DNA of 58,227 bases, counting the filler, from Sphacelaria rigidula (taxonomy: Eukaryota), in the NCBI GenBank assembly GCA_964200075.2. It is 6 parts of 6 records of this genome, joined end to end, with 100 filler letters (N's around TTAATTAATTAA, not from the genome) between each part and the next. Parts side by side here need not be neighbours in the genome. Positions count along the whole stretch, not along the records: positions 1 to 9,622 come from CAXNAA020008081.1; positions 9,723 to 19,344 come from CAXNAA020008082.1; 4 more parts are not named here. One strand, given 5' to 3'. The notes under the pieces are model-generated. The model saw nothing but the letters and a program-made list of their open reading frames with translations. It was not told the DNA's origin and did no database searches. The translations under genes were made by a program, and so were the position numbers. Positions 1-11,736 of the stretch are shown one piece after another (the first letter of the stretch is position 1; each line of letters begins with the position of its first letter).

Positions 1-70
1 TGGGTTGATCCCTTGAAACCACGGACTCATCCCGAGGAAGGGGAGGGATTCAAAGTGTGAATGAAAAAAA
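1..70 (+). repeat. SINE family 2 3' end
   Basis: tgggttgatcccttgaaaccacggactcatccc...ttcaaagtgtga matches 39757-39816. Confidence 0.7.
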
Positions 71-489
71 ACAGCCAAATAAAGCGTCACTACCTATCCC
101 GAGAGAGACGCTTGCGTGTTCGAAAATTCTCGAAAAGTTTCATTCTTCGACGCGCTACCCTGGCGTTCACAGAACAAGGGGGGAGGGTGTGTGTGACGGC
201 GCTCCCGTCGTCATACACAGCTTGTTTTGAAGCTTTGTCTACTGCGCGACAAGCAACAACGGTGTTATGGTGGTTGCAAGCTGCTCAGCTTCGCTGAACC
301 CCCAAGGGCCCTGGGGCTCTTTTCAGAACATCATGTTCTGCTGACAGTGAACGCCGTGAATCCCTATCCCAGATGGCAATACATCGTGTTTTCTTTCCTG
401 TACAAGCCCTGACTCATGCATATTGTTTTGACCAAAACAACCATATCTTTATATGCAGTCAATGGTGCAGGTACGGTTCCATGCGAGTG

Positions 490-990
490 AGGGGGGTGTA
501 CTTATGACCTCGCAAGCCATAGTCATAGGACCATTGACCTTGCATCCCTACAAAGTCGGGACGGAGCACGCCGGGTTTTGACCCGACGAGGCTCGTAAAC
601 AATTACCAAGCTCCAAGCGCCGCGATATGTTTGCCAAGTCGTATGAGGGGTGGCCTGCACCGTGCTGATATTATTCAGCCCGAAGCGTACTATTTATCTT
701 GCACATGAATGACAGCCTTGAACAAGTTGCTTAATTTTCTGGCCTCGTCGCTCTCAGAGAGAGCCACGGGTTAAACTGCTTCATAAATGTCTCACCATTC
801 AAATACCGAGCAGTACGATCCTCACCCTTGCCCAGAGTTGAGGTTCTTCCACCCGGCACAATATGATCTAACTCAACCACCACCACGGTTACCACAACAA
901 CACGTAAGCAAAGTAAAGTGCAACCTGATTGCCTAGCTCACGTGATGAGTGGCGTGTTTTACAGCATCGTGGCTAACCGACGCCGATCCT
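490..990 (+). repeat. About 500-bp interspersed repeat family C, copy 1
   Basis: Diverged match to the reverse complements of 1125-1625 and 8390-8858, and to 34922-35208. Confidence 0.7.
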
Positions 991-1124
991 GGAAGGAAGA
1001 TCGGAATCCATGGGGGGGGTGCTCGAGGGGTTAATACAAGCAACAGTACAATAAAGGTTCTCACACTGAAAAATTGCATCATTTTGACGAACAAGACCTG
1101 AACACTATGCCAACAACTAGTTCC

Positions 1125-1625
1125 TACGGCTGGCAATGACGCTGTAAAACACGTCGCTCACTGCGTAAGCTAGGTAACAAGGTTACCGATTTGTTTTGCG
1201 CGCTTGCTTCTTTTGCAGTAACCATGATGGCTGAGCTAGATTACATCGTGCGGGGTAGGAGAACCTCAACTCCGTACAATGGGGATGATCATAATACGTA
1301 GTGTTCGAATGGTGAGACACTCATGAGGCAGTGTGTAAGCCGTGGATGTCTCTGGCAGTGGCGATACCGGAAAATAAAGCAACTGAATCGAGGCTGTCAT
1401 CCAAATGCAAGATAATCAGCATGCTTCGGTCAGGACAACCTTAGCAGGATGCAGCCCACCCTTCATGCAACTCGCCGGACGCATCACCGCGCTTTGGGCT
1501 TGATGATTGATTGCGAGCCTGGTACGGCGAAATCACGGCGAGCTCCATCCCTGCTTTGCAGGGATGCAAGGTCAATGTTCATGTGACTGTGGCATGCAAG
1601 ACCATGAGCACGCACCCCCGACGTA
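1125..1625 (-). repeat. Repeat family C, copy 2 (inverted relative to copy 1)
   Basis: Shares blocks such as ctgtcatccaaatgcaaga and cacccttcatgcaactcgc with 8390-8858. Confidence 0.7.
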
Positions 1626-1760
1626 CCGCTAATTTGTTGCACGCGAACATGGGCCTCAAGGCTGATGGATCACCTACTACTGTGCGACTGTCCATGAATG
1701 AAGTGTTGGTAATACGGGAGATCCACACAGTCGGATGTATATACATATGCATCAACACAC

Positions 1761-1920
1761 CGGTGACCTCTTTGCACTTGAGCACCGTCTTGAGAGCCCG
1801 AACGATGGGGTCCGAATCCTCGGTAGAAGGCATGTACTTGGGGCTGCCGTCGTCCACCTGCACGGCGTTGTCTCGCTCCGCACCGCTCTCTAGCTGAGCC
1901 ATGATGCGCTCGGCCTCGAC
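1761..1920 (-). CDS. Exon 2 of an unidentified minus-strand gene (VEAERIMAQLESGAERDNAVQVDDGSPKYMPSTEDSDPIVRALKTVLKCKEVT)
   Basis: Acceptor aaataaaAG at 1922-1921 and donor CCG|gtgtgt at 1760. The frame is open and GC3-rich, matches ORF 1579..1902, and joins exon 4376..4810 in phase 0. Confidence 0.6.
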
Positions 1921-2626
1921 CTTTTATTTCAATAGATATTTGAGTTGGAAACAACAACCAAGTATTGCGTCTGCATGTGTATATGTAAGAGATATCGGAG
2001 GCACAAACCACGAAAATGATGAAGATAAAACGATCAGCAGCTGTTTTACTACGTGGGCCATATTCTTGGTGAATGCGGATGAACAGTAAATTACCTGCAG
2101 TCTACCTAGCGAATGTTCTCCTACGGTATCAGACGGTAACGAAATAGTGTTATTTCTATTCATCTGCCTCGTGTGCGCTGTTACTACTGTCTTGTAATAT
2201 GAAAATACCACCACTAGCAAGCGGGAGTATTGTGCACGTAATAATCCTACAGCCCACTACAGAAATATTTGGCACAGCAGCCGCTGTTTGACCAGCTGCC
2301 GTGAAGTCCGGAAAAACTTTGAGACATGGGTGGGTGAGTCAGTCCCTAACTTGCCACCACCGCGCCGTTACGTCAAACGGCACACTCCGCGCCGCTCATG
2401 ACTGTTATTTTTGCGAACAGGGTTATGATCTGTTACAGTGCGGTACTTCTCGTTCGTGTCGGCTACTTTTACGTAACTACTTTCTCTCATTTCTCCCCCA
2501 CTCCTTCCCAACTAGACAAGCCCATGCCTCCGTTTCTGTGCGGTACAGCAAGTCTTTCCTCCAACTTTCTCCCATTTGCTTCGGCAAAACCATAAAAATG
2601 CGAAGGTGCTCAGCTTGGACTAAGCG

Positions 2627-2690
2627 GGGGGGGGGCGTACTCATTTGTTGCTTGCCTTAGTCATTTGACCATTGACCACGCATCCCTTTC
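2627..2690 (+). repeat. Short interspersed repeat, also at 57240-57304
   Basis: G-run followed by gtactcatttgttg...gacc.ttgaccacgcatccctttc in both places. Confidence 0.65.
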
Positions 2691-3946
2691 GAGACGGAGA
2701 CTAAGCGGGGGAGAAGTGAAGGGCAGTAGTTACGGCACAGGAACCGAGACACACGAGCAGTAGTGCGCGGTGTGCTGCTTGTTATATAATGTTGCGGTTG
2801 CGATAAGCTGGGGACTGCGCACCCATCCATGTCTCGAAGCTTTGCCGAACTTGCGCGGCAGCTGACCAGGGGGCGGTTACTGAGCCTAATATCGCTGTAG
2901 TGTACTGTAGGAGTATTACACGCACAATGACCCCGCTCGCTGATGGTAGTATGCGCGTCGCATGGGGCATCGCGTATCAATGGCTCTGCGGTCTGCTGAT
3001 CGTGTGTAGTGCCGCTGCACGATGGGCGCAGCGTATGAATTCAACACTCATATGACACACTGACGGCCAGCCTATATCGAGAACGAGCAACAGGTACATT
3101 CGAAGGAAGAAAACATTTCTGTCCAGAGGCAAGCCAGACCTGCGCACGGGTTCGCGCATGCGGCGTGATCGTTGGTTCAATACCTTGGTGTCGGTACAAC
3201 AGGGAAGACGCGACAAAGAAGCGCAACACCTCTACACGAGCACAAAAATATACGAACAGCTCACGCGTATTAGCTCCTTGTTTGGCGGGAATCCGTCCAG
3301 TATTGGAGGAGGGGTGCCCGTTTGAGTGTCAATGTCAACCGAAAACTTACCGTTACTGACCATCATGTGTGGTGTTTTTCGGCGTGAGACTGACAACAAC
3401 TACTATTTCTCGTTGAATTTTGAACCGATTCGATCAGGCAACTAACAGCGTGCTCAGCTGATCAGCTGCTACAGCTTGAAGGCTGAATGTGTTTCTTTCG
3501 CGGGGGAAGTGGGGCTCTCAATTCCATGTGTTGTGGTCTTAAGTTCCGTGTGATCTTAAGTTCCGTGTCAAACCTCCCATGTACCCCGGAGGTTGGGACA
3601 GTTTTTTCTGCCTCGAGACGACACAGCCTCAGGACGTGAGCATGTGCAGTGGTCGATGTTGAACAGTGTGGTGCAGCAGTCGATATGGAGGAGTATGCGT
3701 CTGCCGGACTCGCTACGATACATGCAAGAGAAGTGCATGGCGAGGCTTTAAAGTACTCCGGAACCACGACGATTGTGTGACAGCCAGGTGGTTGATTCCA
3801 GTCTATACCCTGTACAACAGCTTCAGGCTCTAGAGCAATCGGACGAAGAACCAGTTTGTTCCTTGAAGACCACTGGTTTGGTTAGGCGCCATACACTTGT
3901 TGGGGACCGAGAACCGCGGAGCACATGGTATAATACCGGCGCGCGC

Positions 3947-4080
3947 GGAGGGGGGGGGGGGGGGGAGGGGGGGGGGGGGGCAGGGGAGGGGCGCTAAGGG
4001 AGGTGGGAAGGGGTGCAGTGGGTTGAAGACGAGGGGGGAAGNNNNNNNNNCGGGGGGGGGGCGGGCGGGGGGGGGGGGGT

Positions 4081-4119
<39 letters not shown>

Positions 4120-4125
4120 GGGGGT
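3947..4125. repeat. Poly-G low-complexity tract with a small N gap
   Basis: Directly visible; a similar tract lies at 48608-48680. Confidence 0.9.
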
Positions 4126-4375
4126 CGGGAGTGCTCGCAGAGAGGAGCTACGAGACAGTGTCGAGGTTGCCTGAGTTGAAGGACAGCCGGTGATGTTGTT
4201 CCGAAAGGAAGTCGCGCGCCCAAGTCAAAACAGAGTACTTGTATCCCTACAAAAGCATTATTCTCGGGTGGTGACCTGCATATCTTTGCTGGCCGCACGA
4301 TCTTTATACGCACACAACGAACACTGCCACTAGCGAGAGCACAACACCACCACACGCAGTAGTTCTGCACAGCAC

Positions 4376-4810
4376 CTGTGTTTCGATATCGAGATCGATA
4401 GCATCAGGCTCGTCCCCAGAAGATGCGGCTGCCGTCTCGGCTCCTGTCATAGCCTGCAGCGTCCATCCCTCCCTTTTCCTCCCACGGCGCTTTGACGCCC
4501 CCAAATCCAACGACAATGGCGACATATCATCCCTCGAGCTACGGTGATATCTCGAATCTATGCCTTCTCCCCACCCTCTCCCTGCACCACCGGCTACGTA
4601 CCGGCTGGTACCTGTCGCATGATGTATCCTGACAGGTGTCAAGCTGATGAAGCATACACCCCGCGACGCTTGTTGCAATAAATACAACATCATAACCATA
4701 ATCTCCATTCCGCAGTAAGCTTTCGACACGATATAGGGCATGATGACCCCGCGTGTTCTACTACTACCTCTTCTCATACTGATCGTGCTAGCAATGCTAG
4801 CAATGCGCAT
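4376..4810 (-). CDS. Exon 1 of the same minus-strand gene; N-terminus resembles a bipartite (signal plus transit peptide) plastid-targeting sequence
   Basis: ATG at 4810, with internal Mets as alternative starts. 145 codons to donor CAG|gtgctg at 4375. A hydrophobic stretch ending GVC-F is followed by a Ser/Arg/Gly-rich tract. Splices in frame to 1920. Confidence 0.45.
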
Positions 4811-5213
4811 GTTCGAGGTGATAATGGTGCGGCGGAACTACAAGAACCGGAATCGTATCATATGCCCTATTGCCATGTTCTAATACAAACTCTTGTATGC
4901 TATTGTCATCTATGTCAATGTGGTTGAGGCAGACCTTCACGGCTAGTGCTTTGCGAGGGGCTTTGACCCACATCCCACCGCATGCAATTCACATGTGCAC
5001 TACTTCTTCTGCTTCTAGGGGAGCATTCGTCCAAGATTTTTCACCCGCAAGCGTGACCTACATTTGCCAGCAGCTGCGCGTCAAGAACATCTACCTTTCG
5101 TGTATTGGACAGGCGGAGGACCTACGGCACTGCGTACAACAGCATAGTACAGTAGCACCAGTAGCAACTGCGCGGGTGATAGAGACAGAAGACGCAGCAG
5201 CAGCTACTCTAGA

Positions 5214-5419
5214 ATGGACCAGGACGTCGAGGCAATTCTGAATGCTTCCGACAGCGAAGAAGATGACAACCTAAACGTGCAGGGAGTCAGCCTAGAGGAT
5301 ATCTTGCGCGAGGATGATGATGGTGACTATGATGGAGACAACGACCACAGCACCTACTACAGCGGAGGCGGCGGCGCTGCACTGGGGGCGAGTGACCCTC
5401 AGCACCTTCTCGACAGCAG
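5214..5419 (+). CDS. VPS8: Exon 1 of a probable vacuolar protein sorting 8 (CORVET subunit) homolog
   Basis: Acidic N-terminus MDQDVEAILNASDSEEDD...SLEDILRE. Donor CAG|gtacgc at 5420 (phase 2) is compatible with the acceptor at 6941. The family call is from recall of stramenopile Vps8 N-termini, not a search. Confidence 0.5.
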
Positions 5420-5804
5420 GTACGCATTTCCGTTGCGACCTGGTACTGTGGTTTGTTGTTGTGTATTTATGTGGATGGTGAAGCTGTAGATACGATGTGG
5501 TTCACCACAACGAGGTGCGTCAAGCTGGCGTCGGCTGTCGACGTGTGCTGCGTCGCCCGTTCGTCACTGAGGAGCAGCGGAGTAATAGCGCGGAATACTG
5601 GAAATACCAAGTTTCACACGTTCTCAAATATCTTTCCCCTAAACCTACTTATTATAGAGGCGTGCGGTCAACGAACTGGAAGCAACAAGAGCGGTTCACG
5701 TGCAGAAGCTGTGGTGAAGAGGTATATGTTGCTTTTGTTTGTTGGAGGCGAGTTCACGTCGACGATGGCGACTGGGGTTTGATGGAGTTTAGCATTTATA
5801 CGAC

Positions 5805-5888
5805 CTGTGTGACCCCGGATGATGCCCCCACATCTACCGAAAGGTGTACTATAGTCTGGAGTCCAGAATAGAAGGAACGACGACACAC
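5805..5888 (+). mobile_element. SINE family 1 3' fragment in the VPS8-like intron
   Basis: ctgtgtgaccccgg...ccgaaaggtgta...ccagaata...acgacacac matches 39050-39130. Confidence 0.65.
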
Positions 5889-6566
5889 GTGCGATGTCAA
5901 CTCAGAAAGGTCAGGTACCCCTACGAGACGCAAAACACATGTATTCATGCGAGTTGGACAGCGTGGTCATCTGCGTAAACGCACCCATGGTGGAACCGGT
6001 ACAGCATTCACACCTTCGGTACATACGCCATGTGCTGGGATACCGGGCAGTGGAATAAGGATTTGATGCCACGATGTCCCGGCAGTCTAACGGTCCTTAT
6101 CTCTGTAAGAGTACAGTGGTAGCGCCGTTCTTCGCGCTTTTAGTACTTCGCTCCGGTGGAGCGAGTCTCCCCCCGCTGGCCTGTCTGGCGGTCCGCCTTT
6201 GTAGTGGGTTATGGTACTTCCTTTACGTGAAAAAACGTGGCTTCACTACGGTTCACCTGAACTATTCCTCTTCACCGCGAACATCGGTCGAAGGAGGTAA
6301 TAGGAGAGCCGCCGCCACCGACACAACAGCAGCAACAGCTCGCGAGGTCCCTAGAATGGAAATGGCGGAGAAAAAGAACCGCTTTGCACCCGATGAAAGG
6401 GAGGGTTGCGGCGATATCACGAAACCGTTACACCCCTGTAGTATCCTCTCGGTTGTTATCTTCCTTCTTTAGCGTGAATCTGTGTCGATGTTGACTAACG
6501 GTGTTCTAGTACAGCGGGTTCTACTCTGTTTGTGGAGTTATATCTCCTTTCATCTTCTGGTATTTC

Positions 6567-6568
<2 letters not shown>

Positions 6569-6641
<73 letters not shown>
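6569..6641. repeat. Compound microsatellite (CT)n(CA)n
   Basis: Directly visible. Confidence 0.95.
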
Positions 6642-6646
<5 letters not shown>

Positions 6647-6941
6647 CGGGCAGCATGTATTGAAGCGTTTTTTAGAACTGGCATGGAAGGGTGGTATTTA
6701 TTTTTTCATGACTCGAGAGGAGTAGAGACTGAAAACGACGCTGCAGCAACCTCCGGCACCCCAGGCATGGAAAAATGAAGTACTCGCGTGGGCGTGCGTG
6801 CCAAGCACGGAAGCTGTAATTGCTGAAAGCCCCGATGCCCGTTCCCCTTGCCCCGTTTCAACAACGCGCGTCCATCGATATATGTTACACCCACGCACAA
6901 ATAAACAAACGCGGAATACGACCTAACGCCCAACCCGAAAG

Positions 6942-8175
6942 TTGGCTAGATGTCGACACGCGACGCGGCGGCGGTAACCACCACTCATCTAGCTCTCGCT
7001 CTCCCCATCGAGATATCAGCAGCAACGCCGGCGCTGGAGCAAGAGCCGGCCGATCCCCGCGACCAGATGTGCCCTTGGGTAGGAAGCGAAACGGCGACCG
7101 AAACGACTCGCCGGGGGTGGTAGACGTGTCGCCGGAGGCTAGCATCGCTTACAGTGGCGACAGCTATGACGACATCGGCGGCGGGATGCTTCCGCCGCGA
7201 ACAGCGTTCCTAAGGCGGGATGAGGAGTCGGAAGACTCCCGGTTACTGCAGCAGATCTTGAAGGAGAGCGAGAAAGAGATAGCGGCTTCGATAGCGGAAC
7301 GCACCAAGGAAAAGGGTGTTGTCGACAGTAACGGCAGCACGGGCGGCGGCGAATTGTCAAAAGAGACACAGTTCCTCGGCGGTGGTGGTAGCGGTGGTGC
7401 GGGCGATTTGTATGGGGTTGAGAGCTTGTTGGCTGAGCTGGAAGTCAGCCGCGGCGGCGGCGGCAGAGACGGCGACGACGATGATGATGCCTTACAGAGC
7501 TTGGACGTGGACAGGATCATCGAGTCGATGGAACTAGAGGCGGCAGACGAAGGCCACCGCGATGACCTTACGGCATCAGCGTCGACGTCTTCCACAATGG
7601 TAGGTGTCGTGCCGTGGGAATCGCGCAGGCGATCCTTCACGACCGGCAGCAGCGGTGTCAGCCGCGGTGCTGATACTAGTGGTGGCCGCAGCACCGCTGA
7701 AGGGCAAGAATCCAACGGGCAACGCCATTTGTCGGTCTCTCAGCCCCGCCGTGCAGGAAACTCCGACGCCGGCGCCTCTTTCGCCGCCAGGATCACTTCT
7801 TCGTCCGCAACAACTGCTTCCAGCGGTGCCCAGAAAGCTGCGCAGTTTCCTCCGCCGCCCGTGGATACTTCGAACCCGTCATCGTTACCTTCCAGCTACT
7901 CCGCGAGGAGTGCCGTAGCGGCCGGCGGTTTGACGGAGGTGGAATTCGGGGCAGCTGCACGCGCGCGGAAGAGAGGTCATGGTGTCGGCCGACTTTCGTC
8001 TTTGGGATCGCCATCCATGGGAGGTGGTGCGGCGGGTGGCTTAGGAGATGGAAAGGGGATCAGTAGTGGCAGGGGAGCCGACGGGGGAGTGATCGGGGGG
8101 GCCTTGGCCAAGGCGGAGGCGGCGGAGCTGAGGCTCTTGCGCGGGGGAAATAGGGAGATGATCAGCCCGCTGCAG
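6942..8175 (+). CDS. VPS8: Large exon of the probable VPS8 homolog (disordered N-terminal region ending ELRLLRGGNREMISPLQ)
   Basis: Lies within the 562-aa ORF. Branch-like CCTAAC at 6922-6927, AG at 6940-6941 in the correct phase, donor CAG|gtgact at 8176. The RLLRGGNREMISPLQ motif resembles the segment I recall preceding the WD40 region in stramenopile Vps8. Later exons are not in this segment. Confidence 0.55.
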
Positions 8176-8254
8176 GTGACTTGCGTTCATCGGGTTCTTG
8201 TTTTGTTTGTCGGGGGGGGGGGAGGGGGGCAGGAGTTCGTTGTCAATGTTTTAT

Positions 8255-8320
8255 TTCTTCTTCTTCTTCTTTTTATTTGTCGCACTTTGAACCTCTCCCC
8301 TTCCTCAGGACGAGTCCTAT
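8255..8320 (-). repeat. SINE family 2 3' end in the intron after the VPS8-like exon
   Basis: Reverse complement reads ggactcgtcctgaggaaggggagaggttcaaagtgcgac followed by an A/(GAA)-rich tail. Confidence 0.65.
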
Positions 8321-8389
8321 TCAATTATTATGTTCGTTATTCGTCATACTTTCAATGTCCCCCCTCCTCCCCGCCCCCCCTACTCGTGA

Positions 8390-8858
8390 GTTGGCGTCGG
8401 TTGGCAACGACGCTGCGATATACGCCACTCACTTCGCAAGCTAGGCAACTAGGTTACTGGGGTGGATTTTCGCTTGTGATTTTTTTTTCGGTAACCATGA
8501 TGATGTGATGGTTGTCGAGCTAGATCGTGTTGTGCGGGGTGGAGAAGCTCAACTCCGCGTAAATGTCATGATAACACTACGCAGTGTTTGCATGGTGAGG
8601 CACTCATGAGGTCGTGTAACCTGTGGCTGTCTCTGAAAGTGGTGACACCAAGAAATGAAGCAACCCATTCGAGCCTGTCATCCAAATGCAAGAAAATCAG
8701 TAGGCTTCGGGCCGAACAATCTTAGCGGGATGCAGCTCACCCTTCATGCAACTCGCGGAACATATCACGGCGCTTCGCGCTTCGTGATTGCGAGCCTTGT
8801 CCGGCGAAAACGCGGCGTGCTCCGTCCCAGCTTTGTAGAGATGCGCGGTCAAAAATCT
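8390..8858 (-). repeat. Repeat family C, copy 3, interrupted by a Tc1/mariner MITE
   Basis: Collinear with 1125-1575; the similarity stops near the TA preceding 8861. Confidence 0.7.
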
Positions 8859-8860
8859 TA

Positions 8861-9622
8861 CAGGCTGGTTCACGCATATCACCCAGAAAACACTCATCGG
8901 CAAAACTTCACGCCGTTTTAAGAAGTTAGACCCTGAAATTTTGTACGAATGTTATACGGGTCATCACGCAACTTTGCAGGAACGGGTTTTTTCGACTTTT
9001 TGACTTTTATCACCGTTTTTCGGGGGTTCCAGTTTTTTGGGGGAAACCTCGACCCAATCGGACCCCCGTAAAACGGTAACAAAATAAAAACATTGTTCCT
9101 GCAAAGTCGCGTAATGTCCTCTAGAACATTCGTACAAAATTTCAGGGTCTAATTCTTTAAAACGGCGTGAGGTTTTTGGCTTTTGTGCTATGAAGTATGC
9201 CGTACCGCGGTGAAACCGCAAACTACTTGATTTTAGTACCAAAACGGCGTATTCGGGCCTTCTTTTACGTGAACATGGAAATTCAAGCATCAGTTGATCG
9301 AGTTTTGCGACGAAAATTTGTGGAGCCCATCCTTGGGTTATGCAGAGGCAGAAAGTTCGCAAAAAAATGAGAGAAAAAATATCGTAATACCAGTTTTCTG
9401 GGGTCCCAGAATGGAAACTATTTCGAAAAACGACTTCGATCCCGTCGGACCCCTGAAAAACGGTGAAAAACTTGAGAAGTACAACAAAATCGTCCGTGGA
9501 AAGTTGCGTAATAGCACATAGCATATTTATGCGAAGTTTCAGGACCTAACTCTTGATGACAGCGTGAAAGTTTGCGCGTTTGTGGAGGACGTGGGCTTGA
9601 AACGTGCAACTCCTAACTACTT
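8861..9622. mobile_element. Second copy of the Tc1/mariner MITE (opposite orientation, cut by the segment edge)
   Basis: Starts TA|CAGGCTGGTTCACG; reverse complement of about 49515-50269. Confidence 0.85.
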
Positions 9623-9722
9623 NNNNNNNNNNNNNNNNNNNNNNNNNNNNNNNNNNNNNNNNNNNNTTAATTAATTAANNNNNNNNNNNNNNNNNNNNNN
9701 NNNNNNNNNNNNNNNNNNNNNN
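9623..9722. other. Artificial linker N44-TTAATTAATTAA-N44 (also 19345-19444, 29066-29165, 38787-38886, 48508-48607)
   Basis: Identical 100-bp spacer with stops in all six frames, recurring about every 9721 bp. Confidence 0.95.
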
Positions 9723-11736
9723 CCTGTAATGGAGAAATCGGACTTCAACCTCATTTTATGTTTCAACCCCAAAAATTAGGATCGGCTGTTAAAAGGAAGT
9801 CTAACCACCGGTGAGAGATATTGGCTGGTCTGGGTTGGATTGATTGAGTGGGTATCGGAATTAGAATAAAGATAATTGAGAGAGAAGTGAAGAACCTATT
9901 GCGTGAACCTCATTTGATATTTTGATACTGAGCAGGTCACACGGTATCTACAAGTTGTGACAGCCTGACGGTTGTACACTTGCCTGGGCAGGCGGCGTCC
10001 TTGCATTATACTGCCGCTTGCTCTTTATCACATTGGCGTTTGACTCAGGAGCTTCTTCTTTGGCTACTGCGTTTCTTTCTTGTACCGATTTTTATCCCTG
10101 GCTGCCAGCTGTGTACACCAGCCTTTTGATCATTTGCCGTTTTCCCTTCGGAGTTGTAGTCAAACCTACCGCCAGGTAGTCAGTAGCTCTCGAGCTCCTG
10201 CCCCGTGTGTCCCTCGGTAAAGTGTATTCGTACCCTGCTACTTGCAATTGCTGTCGCGTTCGACGCCACATCTCGTGTGGTTAACGTTCGACGCCACATC
10301 TCGTGTGGTTAACGTGGGGTCAACGCGCACTGCTTGCTGTTCTTGCCGTGCTGTCAATTTGACATGACCTGCACAAGGTCCAACGATATCAGTCCCGCCT
10401 GCACGACTTTTGAATCTTTTCTTGATTCAACAGCCCGGCGCGACCCCCGCACCAAGCCATCGTTGGCTCGTGTATTTGGTCTTGTGGCCCCCTTTCCTTC
10501 TGCAGAATAAGTCTTCTACTACAGGTTTGTACAGAACACCAGTGCACAAAGGCGCACTGTTCTTCATAGCCAGCTGCTGTTCCTGATCTGAGCTCCCGCC
10601 AAGCTGGCACGCTGCTGCTCTTTTTTTCAATATCGATTGTACGCGACTGTTGTATCTTTCCTTCACGAAATTACTTCACTAAGTTCAGACCGTGTTCACA
10701 CAGTGTGATAACGGACGTCTGTACCGAGTTTTTTGGATTGTTCCGGCACTTTACCTTCGTTGCTCGAGCGACCTTGTTGTTGTAGCTTTAGCTTCGTTGC
10801 TTGTGGCTACTTTGTTCTTGTTGTCCTCTTGTGTACTTCGCACAGCCGTAAGGCAACGCGGTACATCACCGTGGTAAGTAGCATACACAGCATAACGTAC
10901 TATGAGTTTTTTTTCTCCTCTGAAAACTTCTCGAACAAACAACTTTATTGTTCCAAGACGGTTTCGTTGAAATACTACTACTTGAAAAATTTCAACCTCC
11001 ATTTCGTGCTCATTTGAACAGACAGCACTCGAAATCGGCGCCCCTTGCTGTGCACTACAATTTTTTCGGCACCCGCTCCCAGCGTTGCCCCCTGTCGTGC
11101 ATCGTATCACCTTTGTTCCACACACACATATGTTGTCTCAACTTCGTTGGATAACAAGCCTTCGCTCTGCACTACGCAGTCCGGGTTCGCGGTCTACAAC
11201 CAAAGTTTTGCAAAAGCTTTTGTGCTGCCTTACGCTGCACAGTTTTCTTGCGCATCTGAGAAAATATATCTAAACCTCTGGTTCTTTTCATTTGCACCCC
11301 GCCAGTCGTTCCTCAACTTGTGCTGGGATAATACAGTTATAGTCTACCCATGCCGCTACATCCGGAACACGTGTAAGTTGTTCTTCCACGTACCCACGCT
11401 GCTACAGACACTCGGGTCTTCGCTTGTCTTCGGCGACATACGCCTGTGCTGCGTACAATCCCGTGCTAGCTATTACCGCCACAACTTGAATAAAGTTGTA
11501 TTAATCAGACCCGGACACAGTTGTTACAAACCGCAATTCGCTTGAATAAATTACTCAAATAAATCAGGTCCTGCGGTCCCCTCAGGCGCTATTACGCTTC
11601 ATTATCCAGTATTTTCCTGATCGAGCTTCGGCTTCTGCACGTAGCATCACCTGGTGTCACGCTCCTTTGATTAGAGCCGCAGACCAGACATACTGCACCT
11701 TCCTTTTAAGCAAAAAAAAGAAAGCGTACGCTCATC

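Noticed and set aside
3882..4370. Poly-Pro / poly-Gly ORFs
   Set aside because: Products of a poly-G tract containing an N gap.
10861..10885. LTR end plus primer-binding site of Gypsy A (..CATCA ccg TGGTAAGTAGC)
   Set aside because: No second LTR to compare, no tRNA match I can name, and a similar candidate exists at about 11645-11660.
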